A stretch of DNA of 63,655 nt, filler included, from Bonamia ostreae (lineage: Eukaryota): the NCBI GenBank assembly GCA_040357525.1. It is 4 parts of 4 records of this genome, joined end to end, with 100 filler letters (N's around TTAATTAATTAA, not from the genome) between each part and the next. Parts side by side here need not be neighbours in the genome. Positions count along the whole stretch, not along the records: positions 34,368 to 51,011 come from JBDODL010000007.1; positions 51,112 to 63,655 come from JBDODL010000014.1; 2 more parts are not named here. One strand, written 5' to 3'. The notes below the pieces were generated by a model. That model was not told where the DNA came from, searched no databases, and saw nothing but the letters and a program-made list of their open reading frames with translations. This document shows positions 50,186-62,544 of the stretch, one piece after another (position 1 is the first letter of the stretch; each line of letters begins with the position of its first letter). The position numbers and the translations under genes were made by a program.

Positions 50186-51011
50186 TTACTTTCCACTCTC
50201 AACTCCGTTATCAGAACGATCGTTTTTTTCAAGGTCTTTTGTATCGTCATCAGAACGATCGTTTTTTTCAAGGTCTTTTGTTTCGTCACCAGAACGATCG
50301 TTTTTTTTATGGGATTTCTTTCCGTCACCAGAACGATCGTTTTTTTTATGGGATTTCTTTCCGTCATCAGAACGATCGCTTTTTTCATGGGATTTCTTTC
50401 CGTCATCAGATTTATCTTTGCTTTCAATTTCATCTAAAGAAGGTTCATTCTCCCTTTCGAATTTTCTGATTTGCTTATAACCAAAAGTGTTTGTGAGCAT
50501 CGAAAAAATAGCCAACACGATAATCGCCAACGCAACATAGAAGCAATAACCAAGATAGAACTTCTTGAATTCGCCAAAGACAAAAACATAGATACCAAAC
50601 AAGTAAAATAGTTCGAGAAGTACCGCAAATACGAGTTCGAGAATGATAACAATATTCAAAACGATCGCATTCATTCTGATTCCGCCAACCATCATTCCTG
50701 ATATAACAACTGCCACCAAAGAAAAGATTAGAACTAAAACCATCAGTACAATCGGTGTTCCAAACATTCCATAGCCAAAGCCGTTTTTGTCGATCCCAGG
50801 ACACTCTCTGAGATCGCAAGTAGTACTGAACACTTCAAAAACAGAGTAGTTATTTGATTGTTTAAGGCCAGTTAGATAATCGATTTGCACATTGATGAGA
50901 CCAAAATAAAAGTTGGCTTTATTCATAATATCACCATAGAAAGTTGCGTCGAGGGCAACAATCCATCTTTGTAGAACAATGATAGCTATGGAAATGGCCA
51001 AAGTTCCGATA
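50186..51011 (-). CDS. Four-TM claudin-like protein with a 39-nt repeat tail; 5' truncated
   Basis: RW...FGL, CDLREC, LGYCFYV; C-terminal (KKNDRSDDGKKSH)n at 50210-50410. Confidence 0.65.
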
Positions 51012-51111
51012 NNNNNNNNNNNNNNNNNNNNNNNNNNNNNNNNNNNNNNNNNNNNTTAATTAATTAANNNNNNNNNNNNNNNNNNNNNNNNNNNNNNNNN
51101 NNNNNNNNNNN
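51012..51111. other. Artificial contig linker
   Basis: N-TTAATTAATTAA-N. Confidence 0.97.
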
Positions 51112-51785
51112 GAAAAGATTACGTCAACTGTTCCGCGTTTTTATCGTCTGGCAAACTCCTAACCGCTTCGGGCGACGGCGCCGCGATTTTGTGGGACGTC
51201 GCCACCGGGAAGGAAAGCGCCGCTTTTATCGAGCACGAAAGCGGCGTGATCTGCCTCGACGCCAGCAAGAACAGCGGTCTCTTCGCGACTGGCGGCTACG
51301 ACACGTATTCCAAGCTCTGGGACGTGCGCCAGAAAGAGTCCATTTGCAACTTTTCCGGTAACAACTCGGACGTCAATGCGGTCAAGCTTTTCCCCGGCGA
51401 CAGAGCGCTTGCCGTGGCGTCCGACGACGCGACGTGCAAACTGTTCGACCTGCGCTCCTTCCGGCTTTTGAACACGTACGAACACGAAAGCGTGATTTCG
51501 ACGCTCACGGCTTTGCTGTTTTCGAAATCCGGCCACGTTTTATTAATGCAACGCAAGTACTTGTTCGCGTTGTCGGAGGGCGGCCAGTTGGTGACCTGGG
51601 ACCTGCTTTCGGGCAAGTTGCTGGATCTGCAGCACGGCGAGGAGAAGCTGAGCTGCATGGACATAAACTGCGAGGGGGACGCGCTCGTGGTGGGGAGCTG
51701 GGACGAGTCGCTCTCCGTGTGGACGAACGACTGCCACCACGGGCAGCGGACTCTGATCATCGATCCGAGTGTCAAAGAAGAATGA
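51112..51785 (+). CDS. GNB: Heterotrimeric G-protein beta subunit, 5' truncated
   Basis: LTASGD...LWD, SDVNAV.LFP, ASDDATCKLFDLR, FSKSG, GSWD. Confidence 0.85.
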
Positions 51786-51939
51786 TTAAATGAATTTATT
51801 GTTGAGGCTGATAATCGTAATTTAAGTAATAACAATCCGTTTGAGAGGAAAGTATCAATACAAAATCGAAACAAAATTATAATAAAAGAGATCAATTAAA
51901 AATTGGTTAAAATTGTTAACGGCTAATTTTAACTACTAA

Positions 51940-52100
51940 ATCTGAAAAAGTTGCTTGTTTTGAATAGCTGTGATCTATCTCAAAAGTTTCTAATTAAATA
52001 GTTGAAATCTGAAAATTTCAAAAGTTGCTAATCTGTGATCTATCTCAAAAGTTTCTAATTAAATAGTTGAAATCTGAAAAGTTCAATAAATTAATAATAA
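51940..52100. repeat. About 65-bp tandem duplication
   Basis: CTGTGATCTATCTCAAAAGTTTCTAATTAAATAGTTGAAATCTGAAAA at 51968 and 52033. Confidence 0.85.
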
Positions 52101-52200
52101 TCTGAAAATTTCAACAAGATATTAATTTTCGATGGCGTACATTGAAAACATTTGATTTGTTTCTCGTCGATGCGAGTAGAGATGAACGAACAGGTTAATT

Positions 52201-53615
52201 TTATTTACTTGTTTTTCTTTTACATCGGAACAAGTGCAAAAAAATGATAATCGAGCCTACAGACAAAATCAGCCCAGTCGCCAAATGAGCGATGTAGTCG
52301 AATTGGTGGTTGTCGTACAACACGTTCGCCAGTATCAGTCCCAGCGCGTCGCCGAAATTCGTGCAGAAGACGAAAAGCGCCGCGCTGATCCCGTTCAGCC
52401 CCGCCCTCGGATGCTTGAGCGACACCGAGTCCATTATGACCAGATTGGAGAACACATAGAGCATCCAAAAGTTCGTGTCGCGAGCGATGAAAAGGAAGCT
52501 CACGACAACGTCGTAGCCGGTTTCGCTTAGACCGCGCTTCGATACCGGGCTGTCGGAGAGGAAGAAGAAAGCCGGCGCCAAGAACGGAAACGCCCAAACG
52601 ATGTAGTCGATTTTCTCGACAAACCTCCGGACGAACTGCAGCAAGCCCCAGCCGAGGAGGGCGGACGGCATCGCGAAGTAGATGCGGACCCGCTTCGCGT
52701 CTCCCACGGAGATCGAGAAAGCCGTGGTCGCCATGTAGTAACAAAGACAACTCGTGGTGTTGGCGAGCAGGACGATGTAGAGGTTCCGCGAGGAGGAGAA
52801 CACCATCTTCAGCTTCGTGGGGAGGGGGAGGCTCTCGGTTTCCCTTCAGTGAATAATTTTACATTCTGATGCGGGCCTTCACCGAGCGGAGGGTGAAGTA
52901 GAAGCTGACTGCGCCGCAGATCGCGACGACGGCCATGACGATCGAGAACGTCAGCATCGGGACGAAGGCGGTTTTCGTTTTGATGATGACGCTGCCGAAT
53001 ACGAACGGGGAAATCTAAAGTTGCGGTTCAAACGAGCCACGCGATCGACTCGATCGCTTCCACCGACGAAGTCGCGAACTCCCAAAGAGTGTCGGGGAAG
53101 GCGTCCAGAATGATGGAATAAACGCAGCTGCTGGACGCCGCGTCGCCGATGCCTTTTTGATCCAACGCGAATGTTAAATTTTGCGAAGATTATAATTTTG
53201 TGGTCCATCGGGACTCAGCAGACGGCGTGAGCCGCAAAAAACCTGAGCAGACGAGGAGGATGAGGAAGTGATACCATTTTGTGGCAAGCCCGATGAAAAA
53301 GGTGGCAACGGCTGTTATCAGAACGCCCGCGGTAATAATTATCGACCTGCCAAGATTGGACCATTCGCTAAAATGCGAGAAGAACGAGACGGTGAGGAAC
53401 ACGGCTATATAATTGGACGCGGTGGCCAGCCCTCTGAGTACCCCGGAAGTTTCTATTGTGGACAGTTGCACGGAAATAAAATTGTTGATGAGGGAGCGCT
53501 GCGTTTAATTAAAGTGCCGAACCAGTAATGCGGGCGCAAACTTGATGAAGCAAAGGGTCGACAGCAAGGCGAAATGGTTTTTCCAGATCAGTTTGGCCTT
53601 CTCGGTAAATTTCAT
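52201..53615 (-). CDS. MFS transporter, multi-exon
   Basis: About 12 hydrophobic segments; motif A-like FSEWSNLGRSII. Confidence 0.75.
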
Positions 53616-54235
53616 TTTGCTGCTTCGAAAAGAACACGATTTTAATTAAACGCTGAACGGAACACGGAAATATTAAATGAAATCGGTATATTAAATATCT
53701 TTTCGAGTTTTTTGTGGACCGAAAGGTCTTTTAAGAGAGAAAAAGTTTGTCTAAGTCTCCGTTTATTTTCAAAAATTGTGTTATTCTAGTTGTCGCTAAA
53801 ATTTTTTCCCTAAGATAATTTTTTTCAAAGCAGTTTCCATCTCAGAGCTATCTAATAAGTTTCGTCGATAATGGGAATTCTTTCGTAATAAGATTTCATT
53901 TAGAAATATCTTGATTTCTTCTAATTTGCTTTTTTATGCTGTGCACATCGAAGCATATTGACTTTATTGAAACTTATGGGGCTATCGATTTGGGGCTATG
54001 CACCACTCCGCTCGAAAATTCTGAAAATATGATTGGCTTTTTTAAACATATTTTTAATACTGTCTTTCCTGTTCGAGTTATATTTATTGCTGTATCAGAT
54101 TTACAAATTCTTATATCTTTGATTTCTCCAACACATTCTGCAAAAAAATAAAATGAATTTGTTTGAAGAAGATTTTGAAGTTTTCGTCGTGTTAATGCTA
54201 CTAGAAAATCGGTTTAAAGAAAAACAGATTAAAAG

Positions 54236-54945
54236 TTATTTATTTTTCTCGGCTTTAGTTTTGTACAGCTTCTCTTTGTCTTTCAAAATAAGCAGTTGGT
54301 CGTTTGTGCTCGAAATTTCTCTCAGAACCATTTTCAGATCTTTTGCAATGCGTTTCACTTCTCGCTCTTCGGTCAGAGAAAACCCTCTTGTGTTTTCTTG
54401 AACTTTGGTAACTATAATAAAACAGTGTTCATCCAAGTCGGGATTTTTCAGAATCTTCTGTTCACAATCCGAAATAGCTTTGATCAGATTTTCGGGAGGA
54501 TCGAAGAAGACGAATGCATCTAGTTTCTCCGACAAAACGGGTTTTCGGGAGGGGATGTTTTTAGTGAAGAGCTTGAGATTGTGCAAGAGGTTGATTGGCG
54601 GGAATCCTTTGTCTCTGAAAAAAACGCGGATTCCAATTCCAAATTCTCCCCAGCCGTATTCTTCTACCACGAATGGCGCTCTTTTAATTACTGATAGTGT
54701 AGAAAGAAACCTCGCACAGGATTTTCGAAACTGGTGTGGAGGGTAAACTCTACGCGCTCTATAATAAGGCCGAGATCCTCGTTTTGCTTTCCTCGGACGT
54801 AGACGAACCATTTGTGGGACTTTTCTTGGCGCGCTTTTTTCCCTTGCCAAAATGCGATTGAACCGTACACAAATGGTTTTTCTACTTTGTTTCTGTAGTC
54901 CGATTCCAAAAACCCAAAATTTGCGCTTTGATCGGATCTTTCCAT
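54236..54945 (-). CDS. YAF9: YEATS-domain protein (Yaf9/GAS41-like)
   Basis: [42 protein letters not shown]-terminal coiled coil. Confidence 0.92.
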
Positions 54946-55608
54946 TTTTAGTATATTTTTGATATAAATATATTTTTTACTAAATAAAATGATGTAGCTT
55001 TATTATACCTATCGAAAATATTCAATATTGTTACATTGAAGAGATGATTGTTGAAAATTTTTTCGTTTTTTACGTTTTAAGTAACAGGTAATTTTTAGGT
55101 AGATTTTAAATTAATATTTCGAAAACTAAAGCATTTTTTCAATTAACATTGAAAAATTTTGCTGGCAACCCTTCTATTACTTCAAGTAGTAATAGACTTG
55201 GAGCAACCTTAGATCCTAATATTCCTACCCCCGTAGAAAGGAAAATTACAATGTTTCTAAAAACATTACTTAAAAAAGAAAATGAAATATCAATAAAAAT
55301 TTTCTGATCTTTAAATCTGATTTTAATTCTGATCTCTAAATAAAATTTTCTCTAACAGAAAATGTGTACATTTGTGGATGCTGTGTTCGAGTCCCTGTTT
55401 CTAAACACCTCTAAAAATTTTTGACCTTATTGTCTTGGCTAGACAACGGACTCTCTGGTCAGCAAAGTGAGAACACAAATTTCACATTAAAAATGTACTC
55501 ATTTTTTGGAATTTTAGAACAAGAAAAAGAAAATTATTAACGTCGACGGATATTTAAAAAGATGTAACTGTTTTGATAAAAAGAGCACAAATGGTACTCC
55601 ATTAAAAT

Positions 55609-56204
55609 TTAATTATTCTTTGATTTTCCACACAATCCGGAGACTTGAAATGAAGCAATGGGCAAAATAACTGCCGTAGTTAGGAATCCCGCGTAAACTA
55701 AAAAACTCGTCTGTATTAAATTTAACTGAACCGTTGAGATATTTCTCTTCTCAAATTTCCCTTCCTTTTTGATTCTAAGCACTTTAATATTTGTGCCGGA
55801 TGTCGCTTTCTAGTTTTACAGTTAAATGTCAAAACTATTGTTTTCCCGTTTTCGGTGTAGCTTAAAGTTGCATGCTCTGCTTTGAATTTTCCGACTTGAT
55901 TCGGAATCAAATTAAAGCGAACTTTGAAGCTTTCCCCTCTGAAATTTAGTTAATTCAACTGCTTTATCTTTTCTATTTTCAGATCGCCGTTTTCTTGCAA
56001 CGAAACGATGCTGGAGTCGACTATGAATTTTTTTCTGTTCTCTCCTATTCTCAAAAAGACGTCGCTCACATCGAGCTTTCCTTTGTTGAAAATATCGATG
56101 CTCACTTCTATCGGGCTTCCCACGGCGAGATCGCTGTATTTGTAGTTCTTGTTTACCGTGAGAAACGAATGGCAACTCACTAATAGCAAGAACAGAGTGC
56201 CCAT
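55609..56204 (-). CDS. SSR2: Translocon-associated protein beta-like, 4 exons
   Basis: Signal peptide, L.V.K......VG......I.N.G, F.LIP...G.F....A.LSY, C-terminal TM. Confidence 0.7.
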
Positions 56205-56221
56205 TTTTAAAATTTAGCAAA

Positions 56222-56992
56222 ATGGGTGTGTTACAGGAAAAGTATGTTGATTTTATGCATCAGTTAGACGACTTTGTTCGCAAAAACGAGGACGTCGAGC
56301 GTCCTTCCGTTTTAGCTGTGTCCAAGCGAAAATCGCTGGCGGACATAGAAAACATCCACAGGTTGGGCCAAGTTTATTTTGGCGAAAGTTTCGTGCAAGA
56401 GTTGGTCGAAAAGTCCAGAAAAGTTTTGTTGTCGAAAAGTCTCTTAGGCATCGCCTGGAATAAAATGGCACTTCATCGGCCATTTGCAAAGCAACAAGTG
56501 CGCGCCGTTGCTCAGCATCCCCCGTCTGGAAGCAATTCAGACGGTGGACAGTGTGAAGTTGGCAGAGAAAATCAACAAAACTTGTTTAATTGACCCTATC
56601 GTGAAGGCGAAAATCTAGGAAGAACGATCCGAGTCTATGTACAAGTGAACGTCAGCGAAGAGACAAGTTTATTGTTCAATTTAAGCAAAGTGTGGAGTGG
56701 CAGTAAGAAATTGCATCAACTTGATCAAGTTCATTGTCGAAGAATGCCCTAAACTTCATTTCGTAGGCCTCATGGCAATAGGCGAGAAAGGGAACTTCAA
56801 CAACTTTGCGCACATGCGGGAATTGCGTGAAAAAATATCCTCGGCAATAAAAATAAATCGCAAGATTGATCTCAGTATGGGCATGTCCAGCGATTTCAAG
56901 GAAGCAGTTTTGATTTAAAAAAGTAGATTTTGCAAGGGTCGGATATGGTTAGAATCGGCTGTGCCCTTTTCGGCGAAAGGGAAAAGCATTAG
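56222..56992 (+). CDS. PLPBP: PLP homeostasis protein (YggS/PROSC), multi-exon
   Basis: LAVSK, FGESFVQEL, WHFIGHLQSNK, VQVN.S.E, GLMAIG, LSMGMSSDF, VRIG. Confidence 0.95.
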
Positions 56993-57837
56993 ATTATATT
57001 GTCCATTTGATTTTTTGTAAACAATTTTATAGATACGATAAGGTATTGACATGTGCAGTGGTACAATTATTTTATAACAGATATACTTACTCCAACATTT
57101 AGTTGTAGCAGTTAAAAGACGATTTCAAATTTAAATTTAAAAATCAGATTTCAATAAGAATCAAATCAATTGATTCCAAAGATAAATACTTTAATTCAAT
57201 TATTCATAGATATACAAAATTTTATATTCTTTATGGACATGCCGCAATAAAACTACGCAAGAAACAAATCTGCCAAGCAGTGACATAAGACGCTATCTTA
57301 AATTTTTAAAATAAAGTTGGAAGTCATCAAAATTAAACAACAGCATTTCTTCTTATAAAGATGAATAATGGTAGCAATCATTGTTTTCCATAACTGTTCG
57401 GATAACAGAAAAATCTTCAAATGTGTCTGTTACTCCGATTTCAAATTCTTCATCGTTTATATTTAGATCGTTAATTTCATTTTCCACTTCTGTGTCAATA
57501 TCATCATCTTTAAATTCAAATTGATTTTTTTTATGAATATTGTTCAATATTATCATATCCCATCAAGATTAAGAAAAGCGTCATTAGAACTCTTGTGCCT
57601 AATTTACATAAAACCACAATAAACAGTGAACGCGTAGTAGGAATACCAAATTGAGCATGTTGCCAAAATATTTTATGCCATCTAAGTATTAAAAAGTTTC
57701 ATTGAAAAATTGTTGCTATTCGTTAGACCAATTAATTTAAAGCCCCATTTATAAATATAGTCCTATCATCGTTTGAAGACATATTCTATCGTTTGAACGT
57801 TCCCATATAGAAAATTAAAGCACAAACCAATTTATAA

Positions 57838-58657
57838 ATGACATTGACCTATTTTATTGCGGGAGCGTCGAGAGGAATCGGATTCGAATTCGTGAAACAA
57901 CTGCTGGCGGTTATTTCTTGCCGATTATTTAAAGTCTAGTAACGTAGTCATTGCTGGCTGCAGAAACACCGAAAGCTTGAGTGATTTGAAATCTAAGTAC
58001 CCGAAAAACCTGCACACTTTAACTTTGGATGTTAATTCTGATTCGTCAATCGATGTTTAAACCTAGTAACTTGCGAATTTACGTTAGAACGCTTATGAGG
58101 ATTTGAACTCGAAAACGAAGCAAAACCTGAAGATCGATGTTTTTGTCCACAGCGCAGGGGTGGACGACTTTACCGAATCGGTTTTCGATATAAAAAGGAA
58201 AACAGCAAGAAAAGTTTTCGAGACTAATTCGATTTCGCCTTTGATGGTCTCGAGAAAATTTTTGGACATGTTCAATCAGCCCGCTTCAAAACTGATCTTC
58301 ATCACGTCTTTAATGAGTTCAATTTCAGACAACACACATTCTTCCGGAGTCTTTTACAGAATGAGCAAAACCGCCCTCAACATGCGTTAGATTCACAATT
58401 TTTAGTTGCAAAATGCTTATCGATAGACTTGAAAGAAAGAGGCGTAACTGTTTTGGCGATTCATCCGGGTATTTTTATCCTTTACCATCAAACTTAAAAT
58501 TGTAGGGTGGGTGCAAACAGATATGGGCAAAAAGGGCGGGTTGCCGCCTTTGACTCCGGAGCAAAGCGTGAAAAGTATGATCAATGTTATTTCTTCTCTG
58601 AAACCAGATCAAACTGGCCAATTTTTAAGTTGGAAAGGCGATAAAGTCGAATGGTGA
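57838..58657 (+). CDS. Short-chain dehydrogenase/reductase (C-factor-like), multi-exon
   Basis: AGASRGIGFE, YRMSKTALN, IHPGWVQTDMG, FLSWKG...W. Confidence 0.92.
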
Positions 58658-58948
58658 CGAATCTGATAAAGTAAACACTTGATCTCAAATCCCTATTTAA
58701 ATCATCTTAGAATATTTTTCACAAAATAAAATGGCTTATAGTTTTAGCATTTAAATGGAGAAGTGACAGTTTNNNNNNNNNNNNNNNNNNNNNNNNNNNN
58801 NNNNNNNNNNNNNNNNNNNNNNNNNNNNNNNNNNNNNNNNNNNNNNNNNNNNNNNNNNNNNNNNNNNNNNNNAAATAGACGTCTTAAAATAGATTTTATT
58901 GATCAGACCTTCTTTTGCAAGACGCTGGAAAAATGGACGCAAACGAAA

Positions 58949-60564
58949 TCAAATTAAAAAATTTGCACTTGATTTACTGTTTCGCGATATTTCACTTTCT
59001 TCTTTTCCGTCATCTCCCGGAATCTTAAATCTCGGGATGACCCAGAACATGAACAGCAGCGTGGTGGCAGGCAATATGCAGCTGCCGACCAGACTCATGA
59101 TCCAGTAGTTCTGGAAGCGGCAAGGCCTCGCGTCTCCGTCCACTTTCAAAAAGTCGGTCAAGATTATCCCCAGAGCGCCTGCGTAGGCGTATCCCATGCT
59201 TTCGAAGGTCGACACGAAGGAGACTTGCATGTCGTCCCCGCGCTTCTTGGAGATCAGCATCACGATCCCAATGTTGCTAAAGGCTCGCGCGAGGTTCCAG
59301 AAGACTTCGTTGCTTGTGATGAACATCAGTTGGTCGGAAATGCCGAGGAGCTTGTTTTTCCGGAAAATCATCGTGATCTCGACGACGAAGCCGACCATCC
59401 TCAAAATAACCGAGATCAAGAAGATGTTCACGACGTACAACGTTTTGAGCGCCCTTTGGAAGACGAGCGTGGCGACCAACCCGGAGACGTTACCCACGAA
59501 CTGGCTCGTCGTGAACAGAAAGCTTGTCGAAAAGTTGGGCGCCCCGGAGAAGCACTGGTCGTTTGCCAGCAGCCAGTCGTTCCTGACGGAGAAATAGTCC
59601 ACGACTGTCGCCTACTCGTCAACAAATCAACGTTTTGGATGAAGACGTACACGCAAATCCTCGCCGTGTCGAGGTCGATCAGCTTGAAGATCGCCACGAA
59701 GAGCACAATGACGACCCCGACGCTGTACAGAACCAGAGCCAGAATGTTCTCGAACGAGGAGATCACTATCAGCACGATCGTCGAGACGGCCGTTATCATC
59801 GCGAGCGAATACATTGCTTTTTTCTGCGGGTGAAAACAAAACTTTGGACAGTTTCTCGCGCTCGATTTTCGGGTTCGAAACCTTCTCCTCTGGGATGAAG
59901 CCCAACAAGACGGGGAGAATGATGGAAAAGGAGAACACGGACCCGATCCGGAACACGTTGATCGGATCGTGCTTCGTCACGAAGTACCCCACGTAGTTCC
60001 CCGCCAAGGATCCCGTGAAGCGCAGTCCCATCGCCTTTGGAATGGATTTGGAAACCAGGCTGACCATGTGTCTCTTAAAGTTGGGCACCGAGTTGGCGAT
60101 TTGGATGTACTTGGTGTTGCTGAGAAGCAGGACGGTGGCGATGTGGGCAAAGTTGAACAGCATCAAAAACGGAAACACCAGCATTGTCTTCCCGAGGTTT
60201 ACGAACGACAGCACGAGTAGGGCCAGTGTCCCCAGCAAAGAAGCGATCAACACGTAAAAGCGTTTGTAATACCCGAAAAGCGGGTAGATGTCCGCCAAGA
60301 GGCCGATCGCCGGCTGCAGGTTGAACGGAACCTTCATGATCTAAACGTGAGCAGGCAGACCATGGAGTAGAACTGGATTTCGTTTGAAGTGGAGCCGTGT
60401 TTTTTCATGTAAGGGTAGACGTTGAAGCGCGTCGACTTGAACAGAAAACCTATTACGAGGCAATAGGCGCAAAACTGGTAAACCAGATATTTCCCGCCAT
60501 ACACTTTTTTCACGTCGCGGAAGAACCGCCAAGGACTGTTCAGAAATCTGACAAGTTTCTGCAT
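58949..60564 (-). CDS. BT1-family folate/biopterin transporter; start uncertain
   Basis: PFNLQPAIGLLADIYPLFGYYKRFY; C..G.PNFS; many TM segments. Confidence 0.85.
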
Positions 60565-61298
60565 TGGCACGATTATCACGTTTGGAACGATTTTTGTTAA
60601 CTAGTTTATGTTTCTGTTCCGTATCGACACAAACGCTCAAAATAATTTTATCCCGAAAGATTACGAGCCAACACGCAAATTGTTCTGCTCCTCGCGTTTT
60701 GCCCAGACATGTCTATTAATAACGGAAGGAGGGGGGGGGCGTTTTTTAGTAAAAACAGATTTAATGATTAACACATTTTTAGTAAAATCAAAATCCTTCG
60801 TTTAAAAAGAATCTTAAATCACTTGTTCAACCTCTTTTCACGGGATCGGCTCCGGTGTTCGAAGATTCTTTTTCTTACAAGAATAATTATATTATTAAAA
60901 AGATTTTTATAGCAGTCTTAGACAACTTAATAGAACTGGAGAAGATTTTGAATCCAAAAGATCCCGATCTTTTATTTTATCTTTTCGCAGATGTTTTCCA
61001 AATCCTTTTCTCAAATGATCAAATCATTTTCCCTTTTCTTTGATTTCCCGTTTCTCATGTAAATATTAATTTGTTCTATGCGATATGAGATGTTACCATG
61101 CCACATTATTTCTGAACAATTAATCTTTTATAAAATAATTGATCGTTAAATTGATGTTTTAGGGCGAAATGTCTTGGTAAAACTATATTATCTAGCTCAG
61201 TAGTTCGAACTATTCTCAGTTCCAAATTAAATTGATGTTTTAGACGATGGACCAAATTCCAAATTAAAAATTACATTTTATATGAAAGACAAGATCGT

Positions 61299-61855
61299 TT
61301 ACTTTTCTCTGTTGCTCCAGATAATCGCCAGAGTGAAGACGATCACTGTGAAGACGATCGCCCTCCCCGTGAGCCCCACCCAATAGTTGTCGAGCCCCAT
61401 CGCGAAGCGATCCCAGAACTAAAGTTGAACAAAGTTACGATGTGCCTAACCCCGGACAGAAAGTGCGAAACGAAAGGCGCGACCAACGCGAACTGGGCGG
61501 AGTAAAGAAGCGACTTGTGCTTGTGCATGAACCGGTAAAGTTTGTCGACGCCATCCTGTCCCAGAGAAAGTTGTGCGACCGAGAAAAGCGAGACGACTTT
61601 GATTGCTAAAATAACCTCCCACCGTGGCCATCGCCGCTATTCTTCCTGTCGTCACGCCGACCCACGCGATTTCGGGCAGCTTGGAGTGTGGATAAAAACG
61701 GCGTAAATGAGCAGAGACGGAGAGCGAGGGCGCTTTCCGATCAACTTTTGTCTCTTGGCGACCATTTCCTTTTCCGTCGTGACCGCGATGTGGCGCAGCC
61801 AAACGGCGCCTTTCCCCTTTTGCGCGCTTCTTCCAACAAATTTTCGTAGGAACAT
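61299..61855 (-). CDS. SDHC: Succinate dehydrogenase cytochrome b560 subunit, multi-exon
   Basis: Basic mitochondrial leader, KRPRSPSLLIY, GRI, HFLSGVRHI.WD. Confidence 0.8.
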
Positions 61856-61879
61856 TATTATATTGAGACAGCCTAACCG

Positions 61880-62506
61880 ATGGCCAAAACAAAGCGAAAG
61901 TTCGCAAAGGTGAAACGCAGAATTAGCCCGAGAGACAGCAGACTGCGGAAAGAGGCGCCCGATAAAAAAGAAGACCAGCTCGTCCGGAGAATGTTTGTAC
62001 AAATCACGTTGCAGCGAAAAGCAGTCTGCGGCCATGTTCTTTTCCTACAACACGGCCCTCGGGCCGCCCTACCGCGTTTTGCTGGACACAAACTTCATCA
62101 ACTTCTCCCTCAAAAACAAACTGGACATTCTCCCCGCGATGACCGACTGCCTCTTGGCGCAATGCGCGGTGTTCGTCACCGACTGCGTGATGGCGGAACT
62201 GGAGAAGCTCGGTCCCAAGTTCCGGATGGCGCTCAAGTTTTTTCTGTTATCCAGAATCGCCAAGGACGAGAGGTTCGAGCGACTGGCGTGCAGCCACAGC
62301 GGGACCTACGCGGACGACTGCCTCGTCAACCGCGTCAGCACGGTTTCTGACAAATTTACCTTTAGCACAAGTGCTACGTCGTGGCCACTTGCGACCGGAA
62401 CCTCAAAAGACGGATCCGGAAAATCCCCGGAGTGCCCATCATGTTCATAAAGCAACGCCGCTACACGATAGAGCGACTGCCCGAAGCGTACGGAGCGCCA
62501 AAATAA
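61880..62506 (+). CDS. FCF1: rRNA-processing PIN protein FCF1/UTP24, multi-exon
   Basis: [51 protein letters not shown]. Confidence 0.97.
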
Positions 62507-62544
62507 ATTTGCTTATTTTTTAAACGCTCAAAATAATTTCTTTA

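Noticed and set aside
57050-57720. Possible hAT-like transposase remnant with an acidic mini-ORF
   Set aside because: Too degraded to support a call.
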